DNA of 46,067 nt, filler included, from Catajapyx aquilonaris (taxonomy: Eukaryota): the NCBI GenBank assembly GCA_000934665.2. It is 2 parts of 2 records of this genome, joined end to end, with 100 filler letters (N's around TTAATTAATTAA, not from the genome) between each part and the next. Parts side by side here need not be neighbours in the genome. Positions count along the whole stretch, not along the records: positions 1 to 22,998 come from JYFJ02005772.1; 1 more part is not named here. One strand, given 5' to 3'. Below the pieces are notes generated by a model, which was given only the letters and a program-made list of their open reading frames with translations, was not told where the DNA came from and did no database searches. Within the stretch, counting starts at the first letter, position 1. Each line of letters opens with the position of its first letter. Positions 1 to 21,856 of the stretch are shown here, one piece after another. Both the position numbers and the translations under genes were made by a program.

Positions 1-2005
1 TACCTATAAAGTTCAGCCTAGTCCGGTAGGGTCGCCACTTATCCGGAGACTCCGGATGTCTCATGGCGCTCTCAGGTGAGCACCCCTGCAAAATGCCTCG
101 GCAGGGGGTGGGTGGGAGTGACCAGACCTTACTTATATGACCGTGGAGCCAACAATGATCATGTGAGGGATCCATTACATGCATACCATTCATGTAAATT
201 GATGGTTCAGATTACCATGGCTTGGATTCCTAATTATAAATTAGAGTTTTAAATAATTTTCTAGCATTAAGAGGTTATCTTGCACTACCTAGTCACTTAT
301 GAAGGGAAGAGAGAAGGGGAGGTAAAAAAATATGTCTCGTGGGACAGATGGAATTGGGCTGTTTGCCATTGTAGTATTTTCTTACAATTGTGAGTCAACT
401 TTTGGAACCATGTGTATCATACTCGTAGATAATGAGTGGACCTTGATGGATTTCACTGGTAGGGATTTTCCTCTTTATGTCTTGCATTTTTCAGGCTCTC
501 AGCCTCCTCTAGTACCTTCAAAATTAACTCCGGAGAACCACAAACTCCGTATAATTTTACAGCAACTTATGAGATATCACTTTTTGGGCTATGGCCAAAT
601 CTGCAAACTCACTTGGGATCAAGGGCCACTTTACTGACTGTCAACTATCAGTGTCACCCCTTGCGATATTTGCATCAAGCTGGTCAATTCGTCACATGCA
701 AATTCCAAAAAGTCGGGATACAAGAATTTGACAATTTCACTTCATCAGAATTCTCATGCTCTTACTTCTATAACAGTTACATTTAAATTACCAAAAGATT
801 TGGCATCAGTTTCTGGTGAAAAGAACCTTCCAGTCAGGGTCCACTTCTTGTAACAGCACGATTTTCATTACAGATGATAAAAGATCATCTGCCAACCTAA
901 ACTTTGTGAGGCACTTGTTCACGTTTGTAATATATAAAATATCGTAATTGTTGGGACAAGAACATATTTCCAAACATGGAAAAATGTCAGTCAGCAAATA
1001 TTTTCATATTTCAGAACTGGTCAGACAATAGTTCTAGAAATTCTGAGTTCATATTCAGAAAAACTGAATATGCTTAATCCCTCTCATCCTGGTTTGAGCA
1101 TGGGAAAAGGAAAGTTAGACCAGGGAGGGAATAGGGCAGAATAAATTGTGATGCCATTCAGTGTACAGTACTAAAGAGAGCCTATGTAGCCAACTAGTGT
1201 ACATATATCCCATGCTACAATTTACCACCAATTCTAGTCCATTTATTTGCCAGTCTTATTGTAATTTTATTGCAGAGCCCTAGCACCCACTTTTAATGTT
1301 GCATTCTAATATTCTGCTGGCATCTGCAGTGTCACCACATGACAACATGTTTCTTATGACTGATTCTCTTATTCCCCTGTATTCCACCCTGGTCTGGTAA
1401 TATCTTAGGCTACCCTTATCCTGGGTATAGAGCAGAATAGTGACATGTTTCTGGAATATGATCTCATGGCTTCAATCTGGTCATATACAGTACCTGTTTG
1501 TGGTGGACCCTAAATCCAGTGGAAACATTTCCATTACAGAACTTTTACTTGGTTCCAGGGTTTGATTGTCAGTGTGCTTTTGTTACATCAAGGGATACCT
1601 GTTAATTATGGAAAATATTTATGAACATAGTGACTCCACTATAGATAGATTTAACTGAACAAGGATCAGTCAGGAGGCATGGTTGTGAATTAGTATACCG
1701 AATTCACAATGCGTGAGTCACCCCATACTTAAGTTGACTCATCACCTAGGCGCTTGGAGTTACCATGATCACTTTCCCCATTCAACAATGAGAGGACAGA
1801 GTAGGTTCGCTCTCTATAGCAGTCAGAAAGGGTGGGACACACTTCAACGGAGGCGAGACACGTGCTGGTTATAGCGCCCTGGTGGGCTTTGTCCCTGAGG
1901 TGATTCATCACCTATGTGCACGTAGTACTACTTTCGCCCTGATAGCGGCAGTAGTGTGCAGAGGTGGAGCCTGCGCACCAATTGGTAGTGGCCGGAATTA
2001 ATGTC

Positions 2006-2278
2006 CAGCACTGGACATTAATTCCGTTGTTCTGCTAGCAACATTTTACAATGTGGCAGAAGCAAAACTAAGTGATAGAGTGTGAGCCATTTGAGTAAGA
2101 AATGATAAGCCTTGGGTGACGTCACTAGCTGGGGACAAGCCTTTTTCTCCATTGCCTGCCAGCCAGTGGTGTCACCCAAGACGTACTATTTCTTACTCGC
2201 ACTCTATAGCTACAATTTACACTTCTGCCGCATCGGAAAATGTCGCCAGCAGAACGACGGAATTAATGTCCACCACTG
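2006..2278. mobile_element. Fold-back MITE with CAGT(G)-type termini (Tc1/mariner-like)
   Basis: Arms ggacattaattccgttgttctgctagcaacatttt... and ...aaaatgtcgccagcagaacgacggaattaatgtccaccactg|ta; related terminus at 45904. Confidence 0.7.
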
Positions 2279-2690
2279 TACTACGTTGGGGGGGGGGGGG
2301 GNGGCAATGGGTCTGCTACTGGTAATTTGAGAAACAAGATGTCACAAAGGTCTCACCTTCTGTCATCTACTATGAGACAAAACAAGGGATCCTTTCTTTC
2401 ATTCTGCACACTCCTATTTTGCTACTCAAGACGAAAGAAATGTGTCACTGAAGTGTGGACCAAGAATAGCACCAGGTTACATTTATAGTAATGATGGTTC
2501 CTTATTATTGCAATGCTACTGCAAGTCTGTTTCTGGTGTTTGTGGCTCTTGTAGAGGAGGAGGAGGGAGGGAGGGGGGGGGGGGTTATTCATTAACAACA
2601 ACACATTTCAGAAATAGATCCACAAGTGTAGAAAATATTTTATTATTCCTGAGAAATGATTAGTATATGACATTCTACTAGCCAGTCATA

Positions 2691-3022
2691 TCAAAGTGCT
2701 AGCTGGGATTTATTGGCTGTTTCACGAATGTCCTGAGCAGAACTATAAACCATGGCATCTATTTCAGAGCCAGCGCTGTTATGCGACCTGCTGTGGCACA
2801 CCGCCCGAGACCACTCATAAGCAAGGAACGTCGCCGCATTGACTGGAAAAGCCCGGAGCGTCACCAGCCAAAATCCCCGTCCGAAAATCTTCAGCCCGTC
2901 TTCTTTGTAGCAGGTCCTAATAAACTGACAGACGTTTCCATAGGAGGAGTCCCTGGGATCAGCCGCCTGCATTCTGGATTTTACGACGTCCAGGGGAATT
3001 ATTATTCCCCATGATACCATTC
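2691..3022 (-). CDS. SLC25A45: SLC25 carrier coding exon 7 (GMVSWGIIIPLDVVKSRMQA...RAFPVNAATFLAYE...SQLAL*)
   Basis: Acceptor catctag|GA, third signature motif, TGA stop at 2693-2691. Confidence 0.92.
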
Positions 3023-6000
3023 CTAGATGCGGAAATATATGCATGCTATAATATGATTTTTCTATTGATGGCAAATTATGCAAGCATTCCAAGTCCCAAT
3101 GGATTGTCAGGGTCATTTTTGCTCAACTTATTCCAAAATTTCTGTCCTGCACAAACTTTGGAGTGCTTAGGTAAAAAGGCCAGGTAGTTCCTTAATCTAC
3201 TGTATATTGGGAAACTGTTTCCAGGTTACAGTGGGAGCCCTACCCCCAACTTCCTGCCAGCCATTCATGTAGCCAGCTGTGCATAATTTCAATTGGCTGG
3301 CTGAAGGAAAAGGTCAGGTCTCTCATTGCTAGGAACAAGTACTTCAGGCATAGCAAGTAAAAAAAAATGCACACACCTTAGGGGGCATGCCATTGCAATT
3401 TTGACAGGCATGAATACAGGGTGTTCCAACTGACAAAATGTTGCCCAGAACTTTTGGAATTGAGTTTTACAAAAGAGTGTGCAGCTGCGACCTTAGGCTG
3501 CAACATTACAGTGGTTATGTTGGGAGAATCCCTCTCACAGCAGACAATTGGTTTGCAGAGGTGAGGGGAGGGCATTCATGGGAATCGCTGGCCAGTTTTT
3601 GAATTCATGGGTAGGTGTAGCTGGTCACACATGGATCCTATTGCCAAACACATCCTTGCACAGCCACAAAACATAATCATGACAACCCACATTTTATTGC
3701 ATTGCTAAAGAATCCCAGAACTATAACTAGTATTATTGTGATAAGGGGCCGTCCATAATCCGCGCGGACAGATTTTTGCACTTTTTTACCTCCCCCCCTC
3801 CCCTTTGCGGACAGAAGCGGACAATATCTTACCTCCCCCTCTAAAAATTGCGCGGACATCGCCTCCTTGACCCCCCCCCCCCTGCCCCCGCTTCGCCACA
3901 CTGAAAGTGTTATTTTCAATAACTTATATTGGTATTTTTTATTTTTTGATATCTACACACAAATTCCTTTTTTCAGAGGCATTACGGTATATTTGAGAGG
4001 TCTGACTAAAAAAACGGCCGAGTCCTTAATATTCATTTGACGTTTATTTTCCACGCGTACAACTGACTTCTACCCCCACCCCCCTGTACGGACAAAAGCG
4101 GACAAAGTGCAACCCCCCTCCCCCCCTTCACTTGTCCGCGTGGATTATGGACGGCCCCTAAGGATTCACATCCCAAGTGCTGCATTATAAATTTTATAAC
4201 TATGTTATTCAAACTCAGTAAATTATTAACTGCTCTCCAAGGGGAAAGTCACTCAATGAAAAGGTATAGTGGCATCCTTAGTTACAAAAGAGTAGGTATG
4301 TGTCGTCAAGTTGAGTATTACTGACCTAGCTCTATTACACTATAGCCAAACAAGCAGTACTCATAATTTCTATACATTCCTGGTATTTTTTTTTAAAAGC
4401 AAAATATACACCTGAGTTACCCCTATTACATGAATGACTGATATACAAGTAGGCTACTTCAGGCATAGCAAGTTTTAAAATGCATCCCTGGTAATTTTTA
4501 TGCACACACCTTGAGGACGTGCCATTATGGTACAATCTTGACAGGCATGTATACAAGGTGTTCCAACTGACAATGTTGCTCAGAATCTGTAGTAAGAATA
4601 CCCAAGACTTCTTTGAATACTCAGCAAACGGGGAATATTAGAATACCTGGGTTAACACTCTCTCATTGACCACCTTACAAGTTAACCCTTAACTACGTAG
4701 GTGGAGCCTGAGAGGCTCCAAGCACTATTTAAACACATGTAACTTCTTCATTGAATTTTATTTTCCCCTGTCCTTCCGTGACTGTCGGAAAAACCTTCCT
4801 AAGCATGAAAAGGAAAGAAAAAATTTTTTAGTCCCTATTCTTTGGTTTAAAAAAATTCGTAACGAGGAACAGGTCCCTCCTGGAACCGCTCAGGCTCTAT
4901 ATCTCAGGTGAAGCCTGAGCGGCTCAAACACATGATGTAACCTTATAATTAAAAATTTTTCCCTGTCGGAATATGCTGACTCAGCGTGTGATTGTTACGT
5001 TTTCGGAAGCCTAATGATCTGAACTGCACTTTCTGTATGTGAAAAGTCCAATATAACAATTTAATTGATAAGCAGAATTTTAAATATACTGTTGGAGCCT
5101 CTCAGGCTCCACCTACGTAGTTAAAGGTGTTTCACCCACGTGACCCACCTACGTAGTTAAGGGTTAAGGAAAGAAGGAGGCTATACTCATCTAATATCTG
5201 ATCTGACTCTTTCATCATGTGAAAGTCCTTACAAAGTACACCCTGTCCCTGCCTTACATAAGTGGACAATTCCACAACATTAACATGTCTAATTTTACAT
5301 CAACTCAGGACCTTCTTTTTATGATACATTATACTGTATTGTAGCTTACACATATACGGGAATCACTGTCACCCTCTCCTTCCCTCAGTTTCAAGCAGGG
5401 TTCCCAATGGGCAACTGGCCTTCCTCTTGCCCAATGGATGAGTTTATGCTGGAATGTGATTGGGGAACAGCTTTTGGTAGTAAGGGCAACCCAGCAGCTG
5501 GGAGGTGCTGGGGGGGTTATTGGGGGAGGCGGAGGAGGAGTAGGAGTCAACTATAGCCCCTCAGTGAGATGGATATGTTGCATCTTGCATGCATGAAGTT
5601 CCCCAGTTGCATATGTACTAACAAAAACAGGAATCACACTACCCTATGGAACAGAAATCCCACGACATAATGATCAAAAGCCATGCTAAAAACTGAACAC
5701 ATGTACAGCCCAACAGTGTGGTAATTAATTGAGCAATTTAAACCTGCAATCCCCCCTGCCAGCATCACTTCCCATGGTTGTGCTTCGCCACCTGTTCTGT
5801 GCTGATATTCCCTCGCAAAGTTCATGAGGCCCTCATAAACCACGAAGTATGCTCCAGAAGATACTGGATCCCTACTCTCATTTAAGTACGGCTTTGTTTC
5901 ATGACTGTTTGGAAATGGTTCACATATTGACTTACCTTAGCAACATGGCATCTAGTCCTTGGTACCAGGCCCGTATCCCCCTGGCCTTGTAGAGACTCTT

Positions 6001-7462
6001 CAAGCAGTCCAAAGGGCCCTTGTATGATGTGGTGTAATGGATCTTCCATGATTTTGAAGTTCCTGAAATATTATACATATTGAAGTACAAGCTCCTTCCG
6101 CAATAGTTATCTATATAAGTCCGCCTTGTGGCATGTGTCGAGGATAGTGAAGAATGTAGCATAATGCCGAGAAAAAGAAAAAGAAGACTTCCACACCTGT
6201 CTGGTTCTGAAGCTTAATCTTGGCAACTTCAGCTGGACATGCAACTATGATTTGGGCAATCCCTCCAATGCAGCCAGCAAGAAACACATCCCATAATGAG
6301 TGAGGCTTCCTGCGCAACAGAAACAACAAATACCAACACAGTTAAAATTTCATACATGGTCATAATTATGGAAATTATAAACGTTTTGCTTTAGTACTTA
6401 TTTATCTTGACAAATTCTTCCTGAGTGAGATATGGTGGAACCTCAGAATCTTTGCTTTCTGGCAGGTTTGTAGTAGTACGTGGGTGGGTGTTCTCCAGAA
6501 CTCTAAGAGCTGTGGCATATGTGCCAAAAAATATAGAGTTGAGTACACCAGATGTTAAAAGAGGGGCAGTCATGCCTTTATAAAATCCTCGTACCTGTAA
6601 ATGGTATTAAATGATTAATCTGCACAATAGCGAGTGATGTTAATGTAGTTTCTAAATTTTGGGTCTCCTCAAAAAAAAATGTTCATCACTACTTCAAATA
6701 CTTTACAGTAACTAAGAATTTTTTGTCACAATGCCATGCATATTTTGCTTTCCTGGTTAGAATTAAGGCATTAGTGTTTTATTATTAATGCCCGACTCTT
6801 TAGGCCTGAAAAACCCCCACAAATAGGCAGAAGTTTAATCAAGCATAAATTAGCATAGGCCTATATCTAAGCAAGTGTTGTCACTATGCATTAATGACCC
6901 AAGCAAGGTAAAGCTAAGAAAAAATACATGTGTAGGTATACATATGGTGATGCATGCTATCATTCAGATGCAGTGACCACCATTCCATTTTTAAAGGCAC
7001 TTAGTAGGCACTTGCCTAGGAACACAGGCTTGAGCAACAGAGGAAGAAAATGAAATCCCAAATTAATGACGTACTCTGTTTATTAGGCACCGAGTTAATT
7101 TCCAGACATACTGTTCATAAGTCCTACATGACTGTGACTTAGGAGATGAACTTTTTTGAAGTGAAACCCATTGAAATTCAGTATGGTTGACTTGCCCCTT
7201 CATGATTCCAGGTGTTGACAAAAATTCGTCCAGGCCCCAGTCCTTGGGTCTGTTGACGCACCTTCATAGTGTCAATTGGATGGCCACAGAACACACCAAA
7301 CATGCCTCCATTGGAGTAAAGATGCACATATTTTCATTTGTACTATACAGACTTGACATTTTATTCTTTTTCAATGTCAAGTCTGTATAGTACAAATAAG
7401 TACGAATAAATCTGAAATGTACCTCCCACACATCCTGCCAAAAAGTCGCACACTATCATCAT
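2691..7462 (-). CDS. SLC25A45: Mitochondrial carrier family (SLC25) protein, SLC25A45/SLC25A29/SLC25A48-like amino-acid/carnitine-type carrier; 7 coding exons, 348 aa
   Basis: complement(join(2691..3022,5744..5871,5936..6062,6197..6309,6398..6594,7196..7305,7423..7462)) = 1047 nt with consistent intron phases. Three Px[DE]xx[KR]x[KR] motifs (PIDTMKVR, PAEVAKIK, PLDVVKSR), EGVRGFYKG, MLLRD and LRAFPVNAATF typical of the SLC25A29/45/47/48 clade. Exact paralogue name is a best guess. Confidence 0.9.
3335..4585 (+). repeat. Two diverged direct copies (3335-3450 and 4445-4585) of a ~115-140 bp segment in carrier intron 6
   Basis: Shared acaagta..cttcaggcatagcaagt, atgcacacacctt, ttgacaggcatg, ggtgttccaactgacaa, tgttgc.cagaa. 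Confidence 0.85.
3745..4158. mobile_element. PIF/Harbinger-type MITE
   Basis: TIR ggggccgtccataatccgcgcggaca / tgtccgcgtggattatggacggcccc, TAA target-site duplication on both sides. Confidence 0.9.
4686..5163. mobile_element. piggyBac-type MITE
   Basis: TTAA TSDs (4682, 5164), TIR cccttaactacgtaggtgg / ccacctacgtagttaaggg plus subterminal inverted repeat ggagcctgagaggctccaa. Confidence 0.9.
5744..5871 (-). CDS. SLC25A45: SLC25 carrier coding exon 6 (DPVSSGAYFVVYE...MLAGGIA-G)
   Basis: Acceptor gagtag|, donor G|gtttaa; phases fit neighbours. Confidence 0.87.
5936..6062 (-). CDS. SLC25A45: SLC25 carrier coding exon 5 (…YKGPLDCLKSLYKARGIRAWYQGLDAMLLR)
   Basis: Acceptor tttcag|, donor AG|gtaagt. 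Confidence 0.9.
6197..6309 (-). CDS. SLC25A45: SLC25 carrier coding exon 4 (KPHSLWDVFLAGCIGG...CPAEVAKIKLQNQT)
   Basis: Acceptor tgcgcag|, donor G|gtgtgg, second signature motif. Confidence 0.9.
6398..6594 (-). CDS. SLC25A45: SLC25 carrier coding exon 3 (VRGFYKGMTAPLLTSGVLNSIFFGTY...)
   Basis: Acceptor ttacag|GTA, donor AA|gtacta, phase 0 to 2. Confidence 0.88.
7196..7305 (-). CDS. SLC25A45: SLC25 carrier coding exon 2 (GMFGVFCGHPIDTMKVRQQ...WNHEG)
   Basis: First carrier signature; acceptor atggag|, non-canonical donor GGG|gcaagt. Confidence 0.85.
7336..7397. repeat. Perfect 25-bp inverted repeat (12-nt loop) inside the 117-nt carrier intron 1
   Basis: atttgtactatacagacttgacatt (7336-7360) / aatgtcaagtctgtatagtacaaat (7373-7397). 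Confidence 0.95.
7423..7462 (-). CDS. SLC25A45: SLC25 carrier coding exon 1 (MMIVCDFLAGCVG-G)
   Basis: ATG at 7462 (alternative 7459), DFLAGCVGG helix-1 motif, donor G|gtacat, phase 1. Confidence 0.8.
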
Positions 7463-8312
7463 CACATTCAACCTCCAGGTGCCCCAGTGGTCGCCCCAGT
7501 TACAGTAGAAGCAAAATTAATTTGTAAGTTGTAACTAGACCACGTGCAAGCTTGTTATATAGTACCGGACACTCGAGTATTATCAGGGTTCAGGGAAATA
7601 TTTCGATAAGGAACCTAGTATGACTTCCCCCCGCCTCTGCGCATGCATTTGTAGAATGTAATGACCGGTAATGACTATAATGGCAAAGATATCCGACATT
7701 AATATATTGTAAAATATAGTATGCAATGTTTAAAGTGTACTGTGTAATAGTGTCCCGATATTTTTGTGTAAAGTGCTTCATAATTACATCCTGTGGGCAG
7801 GGACCTTACACCTAGCGGGAGGAAGTCCAAGTGCTAATATTTCTGCGAACCATTTTGTAGAGAACATGGCGCATCTGATAATTCCAAGGATAATTCCCTT
7901 ATGACCTATTCCCGCCATTAAAAAACCTGTAAAAAAAACTCTCCGCCATCTTGGCCACGACTCGGTACCGCTCTATGGTATGACCGAATGACCCTAAGGT
8001 ATGACCCGTAATAAATAATATAATAAAATATTTATTTATTTAATAACAGCTAGGTTATGTATTAATTTATGTCCGTCTAAATTACACAAGTGTGTTAGGA
8101 TAAATATCAAGGTTACATTTTATTACGATATGTAATGAATGGCAACTATGCGCAACTATGATATGTATTTTGGCATAGTTTTATTTTGGCGTTCCGTCGT
8201 GCATGTTATTTTGTAGAGTATGTAGAGGCAAGAGGTAGAGGTGAAAGCTGTGCCTGGCAGCTGCATCTCGCAGCTGATCCGTCCCTGGCACCAGTCCTAC
8301 CATCAGACGACG
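7463..8312. promoter_or_regulatory. Putative bidirectional promoter/5' UTR region shared by the SLC25 carrier and sav
   Basis: Divergent ATGs 850 bp apart; YY1/Pho-like motifs AACATGGCG (7863), CCGCCATTA (7912), CCGCCATCTT (7943); two GGTATGACC (7977, 7998) resembling the reverse complement of Ohler Motif 1. Confidence 0.55.
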
Positions 8313-20242
<11,930 letters not shown>

Positions 20243-20420
20243 TGATGCTCTTTCAGCCTTGAAAACTGTGTATGCAGTTCCTATATGCAATGTTGGGTAG
20301 CAGGAGTTGGGAGAAACAGCTTTTTTTTTTTTTTTTGTAACATGTCAAACTAGCCTATTTATTTACAATGGCAACCCAGGGTATGACAAATGAAAATGCA
20401 TTCAAACTTATTTAGATGAC

Positions 20421-20533
20421 TCATTTCTTTTCCCTCTCTAATTCTGCCTCCTTGTCAACTTCTTCCAGCTGGAATCCACTCAGTCTGTAGAATTTGGCAT
20501 CGTCCTTTTTGAGAATTTGGGCCCATTTTATTC
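20421..20533 (-). CDS. Probable terminal coding exon of an unidentified gene convergent with sav (xIKWAQILKKDDAKFYRLSGFQLEEVDKEAELEREKK*)
   Basis: Strong acceptor gtgtttgtttttccaaag|, open frame to TGA, AATAAA 58 nt after the stop (20363-20358); no upstream exon found before the contig gap. Confidence 0.45.
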
Positions 20534-20922
20534 CTTTGGAAAAACAAACACAACTATTAAATGCATGTTAGATGAATATGATGACTTCTCTCCACATGTC
20601 TTGTTAACATCAACAGCCTCTTCCTAAAACCATTTCCATTTGAGTTGGAATACTCAAAAGTCTGGCACGCAGCCAGCCCTTTTTCAATCATGCTTAGAAC
20701 TCCTTGTGCATATTTTCTTGCCTGCATGCAGGAAGTGGAGTACAGTACAGGTAGCTCCTGTTTTCTGACAGGGTTAGGTTCCAACCAGCCCCACGCAACT
20801 CCCTATCTAGCCTTATGGGGAAGGCTGTTTCATATAAGAGTCCCCGCCAGCCTGGAATTTGGCGCTGGTGCGGCCTCACAGGGATCTTGTTGTTCGGACA
20901 GACCCTCGTGGACGCCTGAACT

Positions 20923-21692
20923 ATGTGTTGCGAACAATTTTACTCCTCAAGAAGTAGCTAAATTAATTTCCAAAAAAACCTCCTTAAATACTCGAAATTC
21001 GAGTACTGCCAAGCAACTGTTAGGCTGATTTAATTATGAAATACTCTAAAATACATGGCACAACAACCTTTTCACCTGCCCCAGAAGCATTTGTTGAAAT
21101 TGTCGTACTTTACGAGAAATAAATTAATACTTATTTGCGGCTTTTTGAAACTCTGAAAACTCCCAAATTGATTGACTTCTCGTGAAGTGTCAAAAAACCG
21201 CAAATAAGTATTAATTAATTTTTCGCTAAATACAACGATTTCAGCAAATGCTTCTGGCACAGGTGTCAAGGTTGTTGTTTGTATATTTTAGAGTATTTCA
21301 TAATTAAATCAGCCTAACAGTTGGTCAGTAGTACTCTAATTTCAAGTTTTTAAGGTGGTCTTTTTGGATATAATAATAATGGATACCCCGTGATAAGCCC
21401 CCTTGGGCTTTTTAGGGGATCATCTTTACTAGACCGACTTTAATCATTGCCTTTGATGTGATGGATTTTGATGGTGGGAGGAAACGGGAGAACCCTGAGA
21501 AAATCCATGTGAACACAGAGAGAACCCATCGAAACTCTATCCACTTAAGTATCCTCCGTCCGACCTGGGGATCGAACTCGGGACCTTAGAGGTGGAAGGC
21601 TGAAGCTCTAACCACTCGGCCACCGTGTCGTCCTGGTCTTTTTGGATATTAATTTAGGGACTTCTAGAGGAGTAAAATTGTTCGCAACATAT
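20923..21692. mobile_element. Fold-back element with ~230-bp inverted arms, right arm interrupted by a SINE
   Basis: tgttgcgaacaattttactcctc...aactgttaggctgatttaattatgaaatactctaaaata...ttatttgcgg mirrored by ccgcaaataa...tattttagagtatttcataattaaatcagcctaacagtt...gaggagtaaaattgttcgcaaca. Confidence 0.85.
21372..21633 (-). mobile_element. tRNA-derived SINE with V-domain-like central region
   Basis: Head ggacgacacggtggccgagtggttagagc...gagttcgatcccc; central gagtttcgatgggttctctctgtgttcacatggattttctcagggttctcccgtttcctcccac; 16-bp TSD tggtctttttggatat (21356, 21634); ATT tail. Confidence 0.9.
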
Positions 21693-21748
21693 TAATAGTG
21701 TTTTCCATGAATTGGTAAATATAGATGTTATTATTTGTAAAATATCTT

Positions 21749-21856
21749 GGGTGGAATTTTCGTCTCACTGATAGTCACTGCTAACTTATCAGTACCATTG
21801 CCAACACTGGTACTGCTAAGTTAGCAGTGACTATCAGTGAGAAGACAATTCCACCC
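21749..21856. mobile_element. 108-bp hairpin (miniature fold-back/MITE)
   Basis: gggtggaatt..tctcactgatagtcactgctaactta.cagtacca / tggtactg.taagttagcagtgactatcagtgaga..aattccaccc. Confidence 0.8.

Noticed and set aside
332..997. Short ORFs at the window start
   Set aside because: No domain similarity or splice structure; probably 3' flank of the carrier gene
5634..5743. Read-through extension of carrier exon 6 / possible alternative acceptor near 5645
   Set aside because: Would truncate the third carrier repeat; the phase-compatible exon 7 at 3022 completes the fold
20760..20815. Minus-strand GGGAGTTGCGTGGGGCTGG...AACCCTGT resembling an RTE 5' UTR/HDV-like ribozyme
   Set aside because: Too degenerate; the nested double-pseudoknot pairings could not be built
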